NCBI RefSeq assembly: GCF_964194155.1
Contig: NC_135902.1
Coordinates: forward strand, 46,500,001 to 46,564,000
Origin: Cetorhinus maximus
Taxonomy: Eukaryota
DNA length: 64,000 nucleotides
Direction of reading: 5' to 3'
A model generated the notes under the pieces. That model was not told the origin of the DNA. It was given only the letters and a program-made list of their open reading frames with translations, and did not search any database. Numbering within the stretch: position 1 is the stretch's first letter; each line of letters begins with the position of its first letter. Positions 62,082 to 64,000 of this stretch are shown in pieces. The translations under genes were made by a program, and so were the position numbers.

Positions 62082-62889
62082 TAGTGAAAGCAGGCTTCCT
62101 GCTGACAGATCCTCAAGCTCCGCTGGCTCCCGGGAGATGCCCAACACCCCACCCTTCTGACTCCAACAACCCTGGAAAGAAGCTCCAGCAACACAGTTAC
62201 ACAGTGGGCGGCAAACAAAAGTCAAAATAATCTCACCAGAACGTCCCACAGTGATCCCTTTGAATAGCACGTGCAGCCAGCTGGGGTTAGGCTTGTTGGT
62301 AGGGGGCAGGTGCTAAGGGGATTAGGGTAGGGTAGGGGAGGGATTGGGTTAGCAGCAGGCCATGTGATTTTTGTAGGGTCTGGAGGAGCACTTTTTTTTT
62401 GGGAGATACCTCCGGACGTGCCTTTGATGATTCGTGGCTAGGCCTCTCAATGCCAGGGACTGGCATTTGCCTCATGTTCATCACCCATTTCTCCTTAACA
62501 ATTGCAAGTGGGTTCCACAACAGGTAGGTGGCCCCAATTTGCATATTGAGACAGCCTCCTTGATTTGGGTGGGAGCGGTTCATGCCTGTTTAAAGGCCTT
62601 CCTGAGAGTTGATTTAGGTGGGCAAATGAATGCACGTAGTCCGTACCTGATTTCCAGCAAGAAGCAACTGGCTGACAGTTGTATCTGTCTCTTCCTGTGT
62701 ATTCAGCAGTGATGCAGTGCAAGAATTTGTGCCTCATTTATTCCAAACCTACATGTTTTTGTTAAAACTCAAGTGGTTCTTGGTATAATTTCCAATGATT
62801 GCAGAGAGTTGGTTGTCATGTCAGCCATTGGTCAGGCCTCTGCATGAAGTCCATTTTCCACATCCCATAAACCTGAGCTCCTCCAAAGC

Positions 62890-63225
62890 TCTACTGCCCC
62901 ATCCTAACTTGCACCAAGACCCAATCACCCACCCACCCCGGTGTTTGTTGTCCTACATTAGCTCCCGATTCAGCAACGCCTCAATGTTCAAATTCTCATC
63001 CTGCCACAGCCTCACCCCTCCCTATCTCTGTAACCTCCTCCAGCTCCACAACCCTCTGAGATATCTGTATTCCTCATTGGCACCTGAGCCTTCAGCTGCC
63101 TGGCCCTACCTGTCCTAATAGCTCCTATGTGACTCAGTGTCAAGTCTTTTTGGTAGCACTCCCATGCAGTGCCTTAGAGCGTTTTACTGCATTAAAGGTG
63201 CTATATAAATGCAAGTTGTCATTGT
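62890..63225 (+). mobile_element. L2 3' fragment
   Basis: ccctatctctgtaacctcctccagc; tail aaaggtgctatataaatgcaagttgtc. Confidence 0.8.
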
Positions 63226-64000
63226 TTGTTACACATGCACTGAACTCTACCACCACCTCCAACAATGTAACCAGGTGACATACACATATACCCACTTGCT
63301 CACTGTTACAATATGCAGCCAGTGCCAATGCTGGGACCGTCAGTCATGGGTACAGAGTGTCAAATATCCCCAGGAAACTTTCATTTGATCACCTTCTGTC
63401 TCTAGCAATACACTGAGCCATTTCTTTCCTGTTATACATGTACTTGGACATTCTGAGCCAATGGCTGTAACTAATTCGAACATTCTGTACCTGAAGAAAA
63501 CAAATAATCGATCTCGACTGGAACACTCCTGATCCCAACTGAAGCAAGTAGCACACAGCTTATCAAATGAGGAAACCTCATATTCCATAAACTGAGGCAA
63601 ACTTGATGCAGAAGGAACAGTTCCTCATTCTCCGAGTCCTTTGATTTGTTGATATAAGCTCTCCACCTGCATTTCCCCACCTCTACCTGAAGGTGTTCAG
63701 TTGTACAGCGTTGTGGTTCCACAGGTAATGATCACTCGCTGATAGCTCACTCAAGTAGTCATTCATCATTTATGGGTTGACAGGTTGTTTATAAACAGTG
63801 GGGTGGATTACTGCTCAAGCCAATACTATCCTGCCTGACATCTACATGCACACACTTCCCTGCAGGTCTCAATGGATAGCAATAAAGAGCCGGCTATGAA
63901 TAATAATAATGAATAATAAGGAATAGCTGCTTTCCATTCCTTACACCACGTCTCACCCATAGTTCAGAGCTCAGTTAATACATGACTATTCAACTGAGCT

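Larger units (their letters stand above)
60753..62659. mobile_element. Internally deleted PIF/Harbinger transposon
   Basis: Candidate TIRs GCTGAAAATCATGT and ACCTGATTTCCAGC; Myb-like remnant on + and transposase remnant on -. Confidence 0.7.

Noticed and set aside
63340-63722. Minus-strand acceptor (tttgttttcttcag near 63502) and short ORFs
   Set aside because: No recognisable product and no matching donor established.

Overview
Eukaryotic, repeat-dense, apparently non-coding DNA (large intron or intergenic). The repeat content points to a cartilaginous fish (inference): HER1-like CR1 LINEs, L2, SacSINE1-like SINEs, Penelope-like elements (PLEs), Gypsy and PIF/Harbinger. I can support no host protein-coding exon; every recognisable ORF is a transposon remnant. 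The main signal is a PLE system. Terminal repeats carry minimal type-I hammerhead ribozyme (HHR) motifs, and five fold-back insertions of 142 bp to 2.9 kb each have an 11-15 bp target-site duplication (TSD) and the same long-tail/short-tail asymmetry, suggesting both target strands prime reverse transcription at the RNA 3' end. Also present: a nest of three insertions at 1.9-7.7 kb that creates an in-frame PLE/CR1 RT junction, a two-LTR Gypsy derivative with gag-protease and a coiled-coil segment instead of RT/RNaseH/integrase, a deleted two-gene Harbinger with related MITEs, a solo LTR, a CTCF-like site and enhancer-like repeat-free blocks. All alignments were done by eye; boundaries of old repeats are approximate.
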